This document shows, piece by piece, positions 1 through 11,063 of a stretch of DNA of 64,000 nt. The DNA lies in NCBI GenBank assembly GCA_030141605.1, contig JAQGDQ010000050.1:383971-447970 (forward strand), read 5' to 3'. The translations under genes were made by a program, and so were the position numbers. The stretch's first letter is position 1; the number at the start of each line of letters is the position of its first letter. This stretch comes from Tubiluchus corallicola (Eukaryota > Animalia > Priapulida). Below the pieces are notes generated by a model that searched no databases, was not told where the DNA came from, and saw only the letters and a program-made list of their open reading frames with translations.

Positions 1-110
1 GTTCTTTGTACTTTTGTAAACATGGGCTTTAATATCCATGATTATTTGAACATGTTGCACGTACGACGACAAGCTAAAGTTCTTGTCAAGCAGTATAATC
101 AAACGTTCAG
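1..110 (+). CDS. RHOBTB: RhoBTB exon (partial)
   Basis: Frame 1 is open: VLCTFVNMGFNIHDYLNMLHVRRQAKVLVKQYNQTF, then CAG|GTAATA donor at 111. Confidence 0.7.
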
Positions 111-3100
111 GTAATACAAAACAATTATGCAAACTGTAATTTTCATGATTTGATGTATGCACACTGTTTTACACTGGGTAATTGTATGTACAGTTAAACC
201 TCCTTATACCACCACCTGTTATAGTGCCAAACTAGTTTACAGCCTGCAAAACAGCTAGGAATGAAATGGCTATTCACTTGTATTTAAAAATAACCCTTAT
301 ACCGCTGGTAAATTAATATATTATATGTTCCATGAGGAAATACCATCAGCAGTCTCAATTAGAGTCAGCAGCTTCTCAATATAATGGCAGCTGTACGAGG
401 CTGCTGTAACCTCCTCTGAGTCGGTGATAGTCACTGACCAGATGCCACGTGTTGTATAAAATAATGCATCTTGTCATGCTTTGATTGTTTGCAAGTTGTA
501 CCACACGTCATACAATCACAATAATATTATGTAGTGTCAAAACCAGGCAGTTATAATGGCAAGTGACAAGAAAACATGTGGCTCTTCTTTCTGCAAGCAA
601 GAAGCATGATATTTGCTTGTTTTCTAAGCAAACGATTGATATAATAATTGTCTTTTAATTCTAAATTCTTTGGCTTCTAGAGTGAAAATTGCCAACTTAC
701 TTTAACCTGTGTACATTTGTGTGACTGTTTTGTGATTTGGCTCTAGCAAAATTTAGCACAGCCTGTTATAATGCCAAACCTGCTATAATGCCACCTTTTT
801 TCTGATCCCAAAGTGGGCGGTATAAAGATGTTTGCCTGTAGTTATCTTTTAATATAGTACTATGTTATTTTCATTATGTAGTGTAGTTCTCATTAATAAC
901 AAAATTTTACGAAAAAGGAACCCAACTATAAAAATATGATTGAGGCTATGAAATTGAAATTGAATTGCGTTCTCGTTAAAAAATTGGGAATTGCCAGTTG
1001 GAGTTAGATTCAAGACAAAAAAATGTACACGCAGTTTCTAAGGCAAAAAATTTGGTGTTGTTTTTCTAATACATATTTATGTCATTGATGTTTTATGATA
1101 TAGTTAATTCGTGCTATGTCAATGTTGACATTTCTAGTGCACATAACATGCCTAGTATGTTTATGTATCTCCTTTGTTTCTGCAGATATAACATTCCAGC
1201 TGGATGACGGCACATGCTGTGGACACAGAGCTTTACTCATGGCAAGATGTGACATGATGGGTGCCATGCTGGGTGGAGCATTTAGGGAGAGTGTTTCCAA
1301 GCTGGTATGTCTGTTTTTTTACTTACTTTGATTTATCAAGATAAGATTTGATGCAGTCAGAATGAGGTATTACACTAGTCATTTAAAGCAAAACAGGGCA
1401 GTTTTTCATATCCTACCATAGCAAAATGTATACATTTTTACACGTACAGTAAGTCCTCGTTTAACGACACTAATGCGTTCCAGCAAAACGCAGCGTTAAG
1501 CAAATGAAGCCAAACCTTCCATAGAATGTAAAAGAATTGAGATAGGCAAAAATCAGTGCTGCTTAAATCATATAAATTAAATGTTTTATGAGTTTTACTC
1601 ACGTTTCTGCTGATTAATTTCTTTCTGCTTGCTTGAAAACACCTATATATCTTACTTACCTAGCTAGCAGTTTCTCTTTCATCAACTTTTAAGTCTAGAC
1701 AGGGTTAAACAATAAGCATTCCAGGAGAGTAAAAGCCAATTCCCGAGGCGATCTTGGGAATTTTATCTAGATACTTAGTCTGGTCACTATAGCAGCAGGT
1801 TGCAGGAAAAATTCCTTCGCATAATGTTATCTCCCAGACTTCGCTTAATACAAATGGCTAGCATTTAGTGGTCAGTCAGGAAGCAGTAACATATAGTTGT
1901 ATAGTAATTGCACTGTTTAGGTTTCTAGTGTGTTTTTAGAATAGAATGATGCAATATGTATTGTTTTAGTGCATGAAATTAGGAAAAAAAGTTGTTGATA
2001 AAATAAAAAATCGTCGTTAAAACGAAACGGTGCATTGTTAAGTGAAAAAAGGTGTCAAATGTTCAGCATTGTTAAAATCAAACGTCACTAAACGGGGAGT
2101 TGTTAAGTGAGATCTTACTATATAATAATGCCAACAAATTTCTGATAATTAAATAATAGGTTAAAAACGTAATTAACAGCGGATGAGCACATCTAGTGAT
2201 GGCACCACAAACGAAACAATTTTCAACAGCACAAACATTCCATGAGCATGTTGCATATATTTGCAAAAACGAAAATGAAGTACAATGCATCTATACAACA
2301 TTCAGCGTAATATACAAAAGCTTGGCGACTTTTAAACTGAAATTGAAATCATGCATGAGCTCTCGAATGTGTGTATTACGTCACAAATGAACAACTCTGA
2401 ACTGAGAGGTAGAGCACCTGAAGTAGTTGTGTGTACCATGACCCCAACAATATGTTTGTTAGCTTCACTAATGTGCTTACATAATTCTGTTTTTTCAAGC
2501 TGTACTCAAGTGATCCTTCTTGTCAAAAATGTTATAAATATTGTATAACCAAATATGTAATAAATATTGTGTACTGCTATTTTAAATTTATCACATTTAT
2601 CATAAATTTTGATAAATATGAATTCCTGTTTCAGATAAAACTACCCGATGTAACAAAACAGTGTTTTGTTGCTTTTCTGGAATACATTTATACTGACAGT
2701 CTTGGTCCAGTCAAAGGCTTTGAGCCAGTTGAGCAAATAACTCTAGCCAATCGTCTCTGCCTTCCGCAGTTGATCGCCATTGTGGAGGAAAAGGTCGTCC
2801 AGGGATTGGAAAGGCGATTGGAAGATGGCGATGACATATCTGAAGATTTGCTTACATTGCTAGATCCATGTGAGGTAAAGTGAAACAAAATGCACATTGA
2901 TTTTCATTAATGGCATTCAACTTATCTATAAATCTGTTATAATTAACATTCATTTGCATTTTGCAGCTCCACAATGCTGTGCAATTAAGAGACTGGTGCT
3001 TGTACACACTGTGCATACTTTACAATGAGCTAACCATTTCTAAACCAAAGTGTCTTCGGACGATGCGACCTGATCACTTGGCGTATGTTAACCTAAACAG

Positions 3101-4683
3101 ATGGCCTCCTGCCTGGTAAGTGTAGCCAACTATATTCTTTTACAATTGCATTTCAAAACAGTTGCACTCAGTGGTGCCATTAACATGTTAAAATTGAGTT
3201 TGGTACATTAAGGGGTAACATATAGGGTATTGTTATGATATGTGTGCTTGCATAGCAAAAATGTCCGTAAGTCGGCAATTAAGCTTTTCTGGGCACCACG
3301 TATTCTTTTCACGCTCTAACATCATTTTTATACCAAGGTCTATATTATTTTTAAGGTGAAATACAATAATCTACATTTAATTTGAAGGTCACGCTGTATA
3401 CTGGAAAATATAACCTTGAGAAAATCACTGTTAAAATTAGTCATTGTTTTTCGCATTTCCACAAAACACTTAGCAACCATACAAATAGTTGGTTGCTATG
3501 GACTTTGCAAGAACACATTGAAGTTATGTTTACATCCAGCAGATGGCTCTTCCAGACGAAGATCGGGGTTGGCAATAGAAAAAAACCCCAAGCAAAATGA
3601 CTGCTTCCACAAGCAACTACTGGGGTTAGAAAATATGAACTTTTTCCAATTGTAGTACGAGTTCTAGCCAAAGAAATTTTAAAGTTAATTTTTTGTTATT
3701 TTCTGAATATTTTCCTAATGATTTGATGCTAGAATATAAAAGTCTAATATATTTGTGTTTCTTTTTATTAAAAAAATTGACGTTTGACCAAATTTTGGTG
3801 CATTCTGCTTTTAAGCATCATGACGTAGTTTTAACTATGCCGAATAATGGAGTGTTTAGGTTTGCAAGCACACTTATACAGAAAGCAGTCATAAAAATAC
3901 AAGTTTTGAGATGATATAGTATGAGAGCTACCACTTCCTCCTGGCTATTACAAAACTGCCAGCCTTTTCCTATGACATAATTATAGACCTATCAACATTC
4001 TTAAATATGGTATATATTCAGAGGGGTAATATATGCATTTGCATCAATAAACTTGCATGAGTAATGAGTAATCAGTAAGGGATACCCTAGCTAAAAGTAA
4101 TGAGTCATTTTATTACATTTTTTCCAAAGTCATTAGTAATTGTGCTTGTGTATATAAATGTCTGAAGATCATACTTGAACATATGTTAAACAGAAATATA
4201 AAGTTGCACTATTTTGAGAATCAATGTTACTTGATGTAACAGCATGGTCTTTGTTCTGGACAAAACTGTTATTTTAGATAGAATGAGAAGTATTTAAACG
4301 ATTAGCTAATTACCTTGATAATATGTGCATCCAACTGTAGCCATATTTACATTTACATTTAAACTTCGTTAATGTTAAATTTTAAAAGGGATACATTTAG
4401 CCAAAGCCAGTATTATGTTACTTGCATACAGTGATGACAAAATAATGTTTTTTTTGTAAGAATGAAACAATAAGTATTGTGGTTGCTGCTATATGTCCAC
4501 AGTAATAACATTATTTAAATTTTTTTATGTAGGTACATCACTGAGCTGAATTTCTATCACATGTGTTTAAGAGCAAATGCAACTCACAGGCTTGCTACTT
4601 TACCTAAACGTTATCGCTCCAGCACCGGATGTCTGTGCTTCCACAAACGTCGCAGTGCACAGAGAGCCCAAAGTCGACGTTAG
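1..4683 (+). CDS. RHOBTB: Rho-related BTB domain-containing protein (RhoBTB1/2-like), 3' part: second BTB domain and C-terminus; gene begins upstream of the window
   Basis: Exons <1-110, 1186-1304, 2635-2874, 2967-3115, 4533-4683 (TAG). Spliced peptide ...HVRRQAKVLVKQYNQTF / DITFQLDDGTCCGHRALLMARCDMMGAMLGGAFRES / ...ITLANRLCLPQLIAIVE... / LHNAVQLRDWCLYTLC...RWPPAW / YITELNFY...GCLCF. This follows the RhoBTB1/2 motifs as I recall them (DVTFKLDDG, LANRFCLPHL, FHNAHQLAAWC, RWPPVWY). Phases are consistent except at the first junction. Confidence 0.92.
191..838. mobile_element. pogo/Tigger-like (Tc1/mariner) MITE in a RhoBTB intron
   Basis: TA|CAGTTAAACCTCCTTATACCACCAC ... GTGGGCGGTATAAAGATGTTTGCCTG|TA: imperfect ~25-bp TIRs, TA TSD, subterminal TATAATGCC repeats. 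Confidence 0.75.
1186..1304 (+). CDS. RHOBTB: RhoBTB exon, start of BTB2
   Basis: TTTCTGCAG| acceptor, DITFQLDDGTCCGHRALL...ESVSKL, |GTATGT donor. Confidence 0.9.
1447..2120. mobile_element. pogo/Tigger-like MITE (family copy 1)
   Basis: TA|CAGTAAGTCCTCGTTTAACGAC ... GTTGTTAAGTGAGATCTTACTA|TA; colinear homologous copy at 41751-42429. Confidence 0.85.
2123..2450. repeat. Unclassified interspersed repeat; inverted homolog at ~27530-27960
   Basis: TAATAATGCCAACAAATTTCTGATAATTAAATAATAG... matches the reverse complement of 27900-27960. The spurious ORFs 2078-2290(-) and 27730-28002(+) share AHP.LI.FL.YYLIIRN. Confidence 0.65.
2635..2874 (+). CDS. RHOBTB: RhoBTB exon, BTB2 core
   Basis: TTTCAG| IKLPDVTKQCFVAFLEYIYTD...LLDPCE |GTAAAG; 240 nt, phase 0/0. 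Confidence 0.92.
2967..3115 (+). CDS. RHOBTB: RhoBTB exon, C-terminal conserved region
   Basis: TTTTGCAG| LHNAVQLRDWCLYTLCILYNE...NRWPPA(W) |GTAAGT. Confidence 0.92.
3241..3873. mobile_element. Non-autonomous TIR DNA element (copy 1)
   Basis: TGTGTGCTTGCATAGCAAAA ... TTTGCAAGCACAC inverted ends; homologous full-length copy at 23787-24448. Confidence 0.8.
4533..4683 (+). CDS. RHOBTB: RhoBTB last coding exon
   Basis: TTATGTAG|G completes the W codon; YITELNFYHMCLR...GCLCFHKRRSAQRAQSRR then TAG. Confidence 0.88.
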
Positions 4684-7600
4684 ATTGCTTCCATTTGAGC
4701 AGCGAGCTTACATCGTTTTTACTTCAGACTTAACATCAGTTTTAGATTCACGACGATAATATATTTTTTTGTTTTAAGAAGCTCAACTAAAATGTTCTTT
4801 TGTATCTTACACAACAACATAGATGTTAATGTTGTCAAGCTTTCTTGAGAACTGCCACGAAAGGAAATGTGACAGTTTTATCACAAAATGACTTAAAACA
4901 TTCAAAACGAAAAGCTTAAAAATTTTTAAACTGCCATGTAAACAATAATGTAGGAAATATTTTACAGTTTGATAAACTTTTGCTGACTCACTTTTGGTTA
5001 TTCACTTTCAGCCATTAATTACTACCAGAGATTACTGGTTTATTTACAAAACATTTGACTAAAAAGATTTGTAAACTGCAGCATGCTAACAGTTTTTATT
5101 TTGTATAGAGATGTGAGAAACAGTGAAGATGTGTCATTGTTTGTTCTAAAAGTATCTAGACAATGTTTTTGCTGGTGGAGATCTAATTATTATTATTGTA
5201 CACATGTAGTATACGTGTGTATTAGACTGTAACTGAGAATAGGTATATGTAGTTTGTTCTGAATGTGGCACTTCTTTGTAAGATAATTATGGGCTGCAAC
5301 AGAGTACTTCTGACAAAAACCATATAAAAGTAACTTTAGTCAAGTGAGAAAATGCATGTTAATGTGACGCAGTACCAATGTGTCACAGGCAGCATACTGT
5401 TACATAAATGTGTATTATGTGAGCTGAAAAGACACGGTCACAGTTGTTATCAGATCATGAATAATGGTGAAGTGCGTATGTATGTGTACGTATGCTATCT
5501 GTGTGAAGTACATATACTGTACTTATAAAATTTTAGTTACACATAAAGTTGTAGTATACTGCCGGTGCGTCATTTCCATTAAAATGAAACTTTGCTGATG
5601 GGGCTCAATAGTTGAACAATATGTACTTGGGGAACTTGTTTACAGAGGGCTAATTATTTTGGAATGTTATGTAACATCCGAGTGTAATCTAATTTGATAC
5701 CAGTCAAGTCGACACGTATTATAACAATTTGTATATCGCCATTGTATAATATTTATTTTACTATCTATGATGTAATTTATAATTTTGTGCTAATAACATA
5801 TTTTTGTTTTACAACAATATGATAATGCATTTAAATACAGCAAATTATTTTCTTGTACCACACACGCACTTATTTAATAATGGTGTAACATATTATTGTA
5901 GTTTATTATATCAAAGTGATGGAGAGATATGTATTATACCGTAAGATAATAGTTGTGTTAATAACACCAATGTATTATTTACTATACTTCAAGTTTTCTA
6001 CACTTACATGCTAATAATTTGAGTGGAAACAAAACGTTACATTATTTTAATTTGCAATATGTATGTGATGACTGCTGCATTATTTGTGACAAGGTGTCAT
6101 TGTTGCAGTTATATAGAAACTTGAATGTACATCGTACACCTGAACTCTGTTGAACACAAAAAATAATTAGCTTCCACAAAGAGGCTCAGCAATGGCATAT
6201 TTACCTCTGCAAATTTTTTTTACATGCAACACTGCTCATTCTGCCCACTTAGCAAATAGTCAATGTTGGCTGAGGCTCAAGTCTTACCACTAGCTTACAA
6301 TGGAAAGACCATTTCTATAAGCATTTTGCAGGCTTCACTGAATATGTACTTATTTGAGGCTGTGAAGCTTTAGAATGCTTGTAATAACAAGGCTGCTTGG
6401 TAGGTGCAGCTCAGTTGAATTTTGTAGATGTAATACACAGTCACTGATAATAGAATTTAGCATATTTCATGGAAGAAAAGTGCGAGAAGTGACTTGTTGA
6501 TCAAAATCAATCCAACACGATTGTTCCATTTAGTGTAAATGTACATAGATAACTTTTGGGTGCAACATATCATATCCTTGGAAGCCTTGTCTTGTCTCTA
6601 TATACCAAACGTGCAACATCTAATCTTCATTAGGGCTGATAGTACGTTTACAAACTAACATGGACAAAAAAACCATTTTTGTGCCAGTAGTGAAATGACA
6701 TAATGATGAAAAGTTGTGTATCATGTAAATTTATAACTTTTTTGCAAGTTATGATAAATAATTTGTAAGTCATGAGTATGTATTTGTAAATTATGAACTT
6801 TTCAGTATTTTCAATGTGATTTTGCTGCTAATTAAAAGCAGCAAATTAATTTGTTTGTCTGATAGAGTGCAAGTGTTTAATATAACCATATAGCTGTACA
6901 CGCATGTTTCTGTGTTGGTGTTGGTAGTGTTCGTCGTTGTTTCTTCTTGTGGAGGAATATTTACTCAAAGTGTACCGTAGATTCATTTTGTACTACTTTG
7001 TACTTGTACTGTGTATGAGATGCTAAAATATGTATCTATCCAGTCTAACGTAATGAGCTTTTGAAAAACTTTATAAAACTTCATTAATTTTTGTACCATT
7101 TTCTTATTTCCAAGCAGTTTGTTGAAATGCAGAACAATTTTTGCAGCCAATTTCTGAGATCTGAGTAAAATCTGTAGGAGAAAATTAGTACACAACTTTA
7201 TCTCAAACATTACCTGTACACAAGTATTAATTAACGTTTAAACTTTAAAGTATTAGTACATGCATCATCCAAAGATTAGACTACTTCTCGCTCAAATGCA
7301 GTTAAATTTCATGTTACCTTAGCTTCACTGCCTTCATTTCGTTACACTAATCTTACCCCCTTTAATTAATGAACTTGCACTGGTACTGCATGGAGACTAA
7401 TCTATTGTAGAATACAATTGTACAAATTGTAGAATTTCTTAAATTTAATTGCAAGTAAAGATTATTTTAATAAATATTTGTTAAAATGATTATGAAAACC
7501 CTTTTTGGTAGAGCTGATTTTTTCAATTTTTTATGAGTTCATACTTGAAGAGGCATTTGGTTTTTATTGTCATCCTATTTTGAAAATATTTTCGTACAGT

Positions 7601-7914
7601 GTATTTATAATTGTAATCAGGTTGTGTTTGAAATAATAGTAGTTGGTATGTAGAATTATCACTCTACTATGGTAACTATGTTGTTTTTGTGTATACACAT
7701 GTTTACTAAATTAATAAAAAGGGAACGTTCTTACATTTACTAGTTTTGAGCATCATTTCTCAAGCATGTCACTTTTGGAGTATAATTAAAGAAATGAAAA
7801 AAACTTTTGTTCTGCTTCAAAACCAAATATTTTTTTCTACAAAACATTCTGCTATTTTAGTAAACTATCCTAGTACTGCCTTATAAGGTTACTAGAGTCA
7901 CCTAAAATGACAAT

Positions 7915-8441
7915 CTAAAAACTTCAGAAACTTCAAAGTCGAAAATGCTTCAGCTCGCATACTGACCCATAGCAAGAAATTCTGTCATATTGGCTTTCAG
8001 TCCCTCAAAGAATTAAATTTAAAATTCTTCTTCTTACCTACAAATGCATGAATGGGACTTGCTTCCAGTTATTTGTCTGAGCTTTTACAAACGTACACAG
8101 ACTACACACCATCATGCTGTGTAAGATCATCTGACACTAATACTTTAGTACAACCTAGAACTAGTCTTATTTCAGCTGGAGATAGATCTTTTTCCAGTGC
8201 TGCCCCTCTTTTATGGAATGTACATTCTGACGAAAACTCCCAAAGTATTGCTGTTTTTAAACGTCAAATTAAAACATTTTTATTCTTAAGAAGCTTTTTA
8301 ACATTTTTATTATTTTAATTTGTGCCTGCATAATGTAGTAGAGTTAGTCTTTAAGTAAGTTTATACGTAATTGTGGTCTTTAAAATATTGTTCGTAGATT
8401 TCTTGTAATGGATTTTAGGCAATAAAATTATTATTATTATT
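7915..8441 (+). mobile_element. L2-clade LINE 3' fragment (degenerate)
   Basis: Translates to ENASARILT..KKFCHI / QRIKFKILLLTYKCMNGLASSYLSELL / RSS..LVQPRT.L.SAGDRSFS.AAP.LWN, the typical L2 ORF2 C-terminus; ends in AATAAA plus a (TTA)n tail. Confidence 0.85.
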
Positions 8442-9988
8442 AAAAAGTATGAAGGAATTATAGTGGAAATAATCTGCTTTTCCACAGCACTGTTTTATTG
8501 GTCTTTAGAAGACGAAAAGCTACAAAGGAGAATAAAAAGAAATTTCTAGTTGCAAATGGCTCTGTTGACGAGCGCACATCACGACCTCTAACAACATGTC
8601 ACCATGGTGTGTGCAGTGTGTTTAGTCATCAAAATCAAAGTTTGCTAGGCCTGGTAAATAAATGGATAGGTGACTGCTAGTTAAATTATTTTGGGCATTT
8701 TCACTTGTCATACTGCCTATGGTTACTTTTATCTTTGACACAGGATTTAATACATTTATACAGAAGTGGCCAGGATATATCAGTTAATTGTCTTATCTGA
8801 GAAAACTATCCTTCTAATGGTCTATATTCCCATCCTGCCACAACTATGATTAAGTAGCCATTGTTGCTAAATGTTAGATACAAGCTAGCAATGTGCAAAA
8901 CCTGATGAAAGAGCATATAATTTAATTATACATGTTTGAACGATGTGATGAGATCATAACATCTTGGGCAGCAATTGGGTTGAAGTGCTGAGTTGAGTTA
9001 GTCTTATCTTCTCCTCTAATGAAACGAATCGGAAAACTAGTGCTCAATTTTAAATCTGATCACATCGTATGAGTAATTCGAGATGCACCTGCATCGACAA
9101 ATGTCTAGAAAAAAGCCAGCTAAGATGACACATAAATGCTAAACTGGCTGATCTGTCATCTAATCACAGCAGAAATAATGATGTTTGAGCAATTTGGCAG
9201 GTGCAGTAAAGTAACGTGAGAAAGACTGAAGTCAGATAAATGTGTAAATTATAATGGCATCAAATGTGACACATGAACTTTGCCATGACGCATTTCATTT
9301 CTGAACGTAATCCTAAAATCATGTACAGTATAATTTATTTTCTAAGAGAATAATAATTTCTGTGCAATCAGCTTTTGCACAAAGATTGTTTAAGGAATGT
9401 TGTTTAAATTTCTCAGACAATGAGACAGCAGCTATGAGGTATGCTAGGTATGTTCGGTTGTACATTTTCTAGCTGTTTCACAAAGTGACTTTTGTTATAA
9501 ATAAATACAGCAAAGATGAGACCATAAAAGCTTCGTTTGGGTACTACACCTCAAAATTTTGAGCATTTTGACAATATTTGTGATCTCATAATAAATTAAG
9601 CTACATAAACAACCTTTTAAACCTCTGAAATATCTTAGCACTTTTTGTGATTATTTATTTTGCTCTTACTCTCATAGTTAAATATCAGTCACTAGTTTAG
9701 TGATGGTTAATCCCTATATACAGCATATTTTTCATGAGATATGAAACAAAAAGCCAATTATAGGTGCAGTGTTAACTGTGTTAACAATGCTGTATACAAC
9801 ACAAGTTTCTTAAGCTTTCGTTCTCTAACTAAAGTCGCTAAAGTTATCGTATATTCTCATTAATTTCATCCTCAACAGAGTCTACACACCTGCTTGGTAC
9901 ATCTTGAATATGGTATCCTGTGGGATGTATTTATATGTGCACGGTGTAATTAGTCCTCAAGTGGCCTATGCGTAAAGCACATTCACTT

Positions 9989-9994
9989 TATAAA
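9989..9994 (+). promoter_or_regulatory. Candidate TATA box of the orphan secreted-peptide gene
   Basis: TATAAA ~140 bp upstream of the ATG at 10133, with an Inr-like TCATTT at 10031. The spacing is slightly long. Confidence 0.3.
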
Positions 9995-10132
9995 TGCTTC
10001 AGTTGGAATCGTGCTCTGTGCCAAAAGGCTTCATTTCAGGCAACAGTTTAAAGAATTTTTGCATTTGTTAGAAAAGTGACTTGCAAAAACAACAAAGACT
10101 ACTACTAACTACTATAGGCTTTACAAGACAGA

Positions 10133-10793
10133 ATGATGAAACTAACGGTAAGTTTGGATTTTATCTAGTGCATCGTATGAATATCAAATAATATTCTTTT
10201 TTTAATTAGTGTTAAATATTTTAGTTATTAGTGTTTTTACTGCACTGTATCACACAAATAATATAATGGAAGTGCTCCACTCATTATGTGCTTCTAAATC
10301 ATTAAACATCAGAAAGAGATACACTATGCACATCAATTTCACATGATTTTGCTAGAGTGATAAAAAGATTTTATTTTGGTGACTTAGGTTATTTTTCAAT
10401 TGCTACTGATACTATGATATTCCATGCTGGTACAAATTTTTAAATTCATTTTAAATTATTTTACAACAGGTTGTTAGAATACTCACTTGCATTTATTGTG
10501 GCTTGTTGGCAGTAGATTGCAGTTTACAAATGCAACCTATCCCAACAGAAGCTGGATTGCCCAATTACATGCAAGGTTTACAACGACAAGCTAGGGCCAG
10601 TCCGAGGGGAGCCGAGAACACGAACACACAGATTTCAAGAGCCATGTCACTTTTTTTGAAGGCAATGTTGGAGCAATACAGAGACAGAATGGATGCGGGA
10701 AACAGACGTAGACAGAAGCATCACAAGTTTTTAACCAACAACATAAGACAGGATCCTAATTATATATTAAACACAAGAGGTTTTAGAATTTAA
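10133..10793 (+). CDS. Orphan 112-aa secreted protein, neuropeptide/hormone precursor-like (2 coding exons)
   Basis: Exon 10133-10147 (MMKLT |GTAAGT) plus exon 10470-10793 (TTACAACAG| VVRIL...), in frame. Protein: MMKLTVVRILTCIYCGLLAVDCSLQMQPIPTEAGLPNYMQGLQRQARASPRGAENTNTQISRAMSLFLKAMLEQYRDRMDAGNRRRQKHHKFLTNNIRQDPNYILNTRGFRI. Signal-peptide-like N-terminus, RxxR and RRR sites, AATAAA at 10958. Confidence 0.75.
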
Positions 10794-10996
10794 AGTACAT
10801 AAAAGTCAGTAAATTATGCGTACTTGGTCTATATTATTGCCAGGTTATAGGTATTGGTAAAAATTGATATGTAGAAAGAAAATTAGCTGAAAATTCTTGC
10901 CATACAAAAGCTTAGATTGTTCCATGAAAATATTTATTTATTAAGCTCATTAATGAAAATAAATTACTGTATACGATAGGAGTAATTATAAATATC

Positions 10997-11063
10997 TCAC
11001 GTCAGCTTTAACGATGTCTCCTGTGCTGTCAAATTAATAGCATTTCTCATCAGCTTGTTACAA
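10997..11063 (-). CDS. HAUS8: HAUS8 last coding exon
   Basis: TTTTAG|T CNKLMRNAINLTAQETSLKLT TGA. Confidence 0.85.

Noticed and set aside
3382-3671. ORFs with a homologous ORF at 23893-24296, suggesting a small gene family
   Set aside because: Both lie inside copies of the same TIR element and the frames are not conserved.
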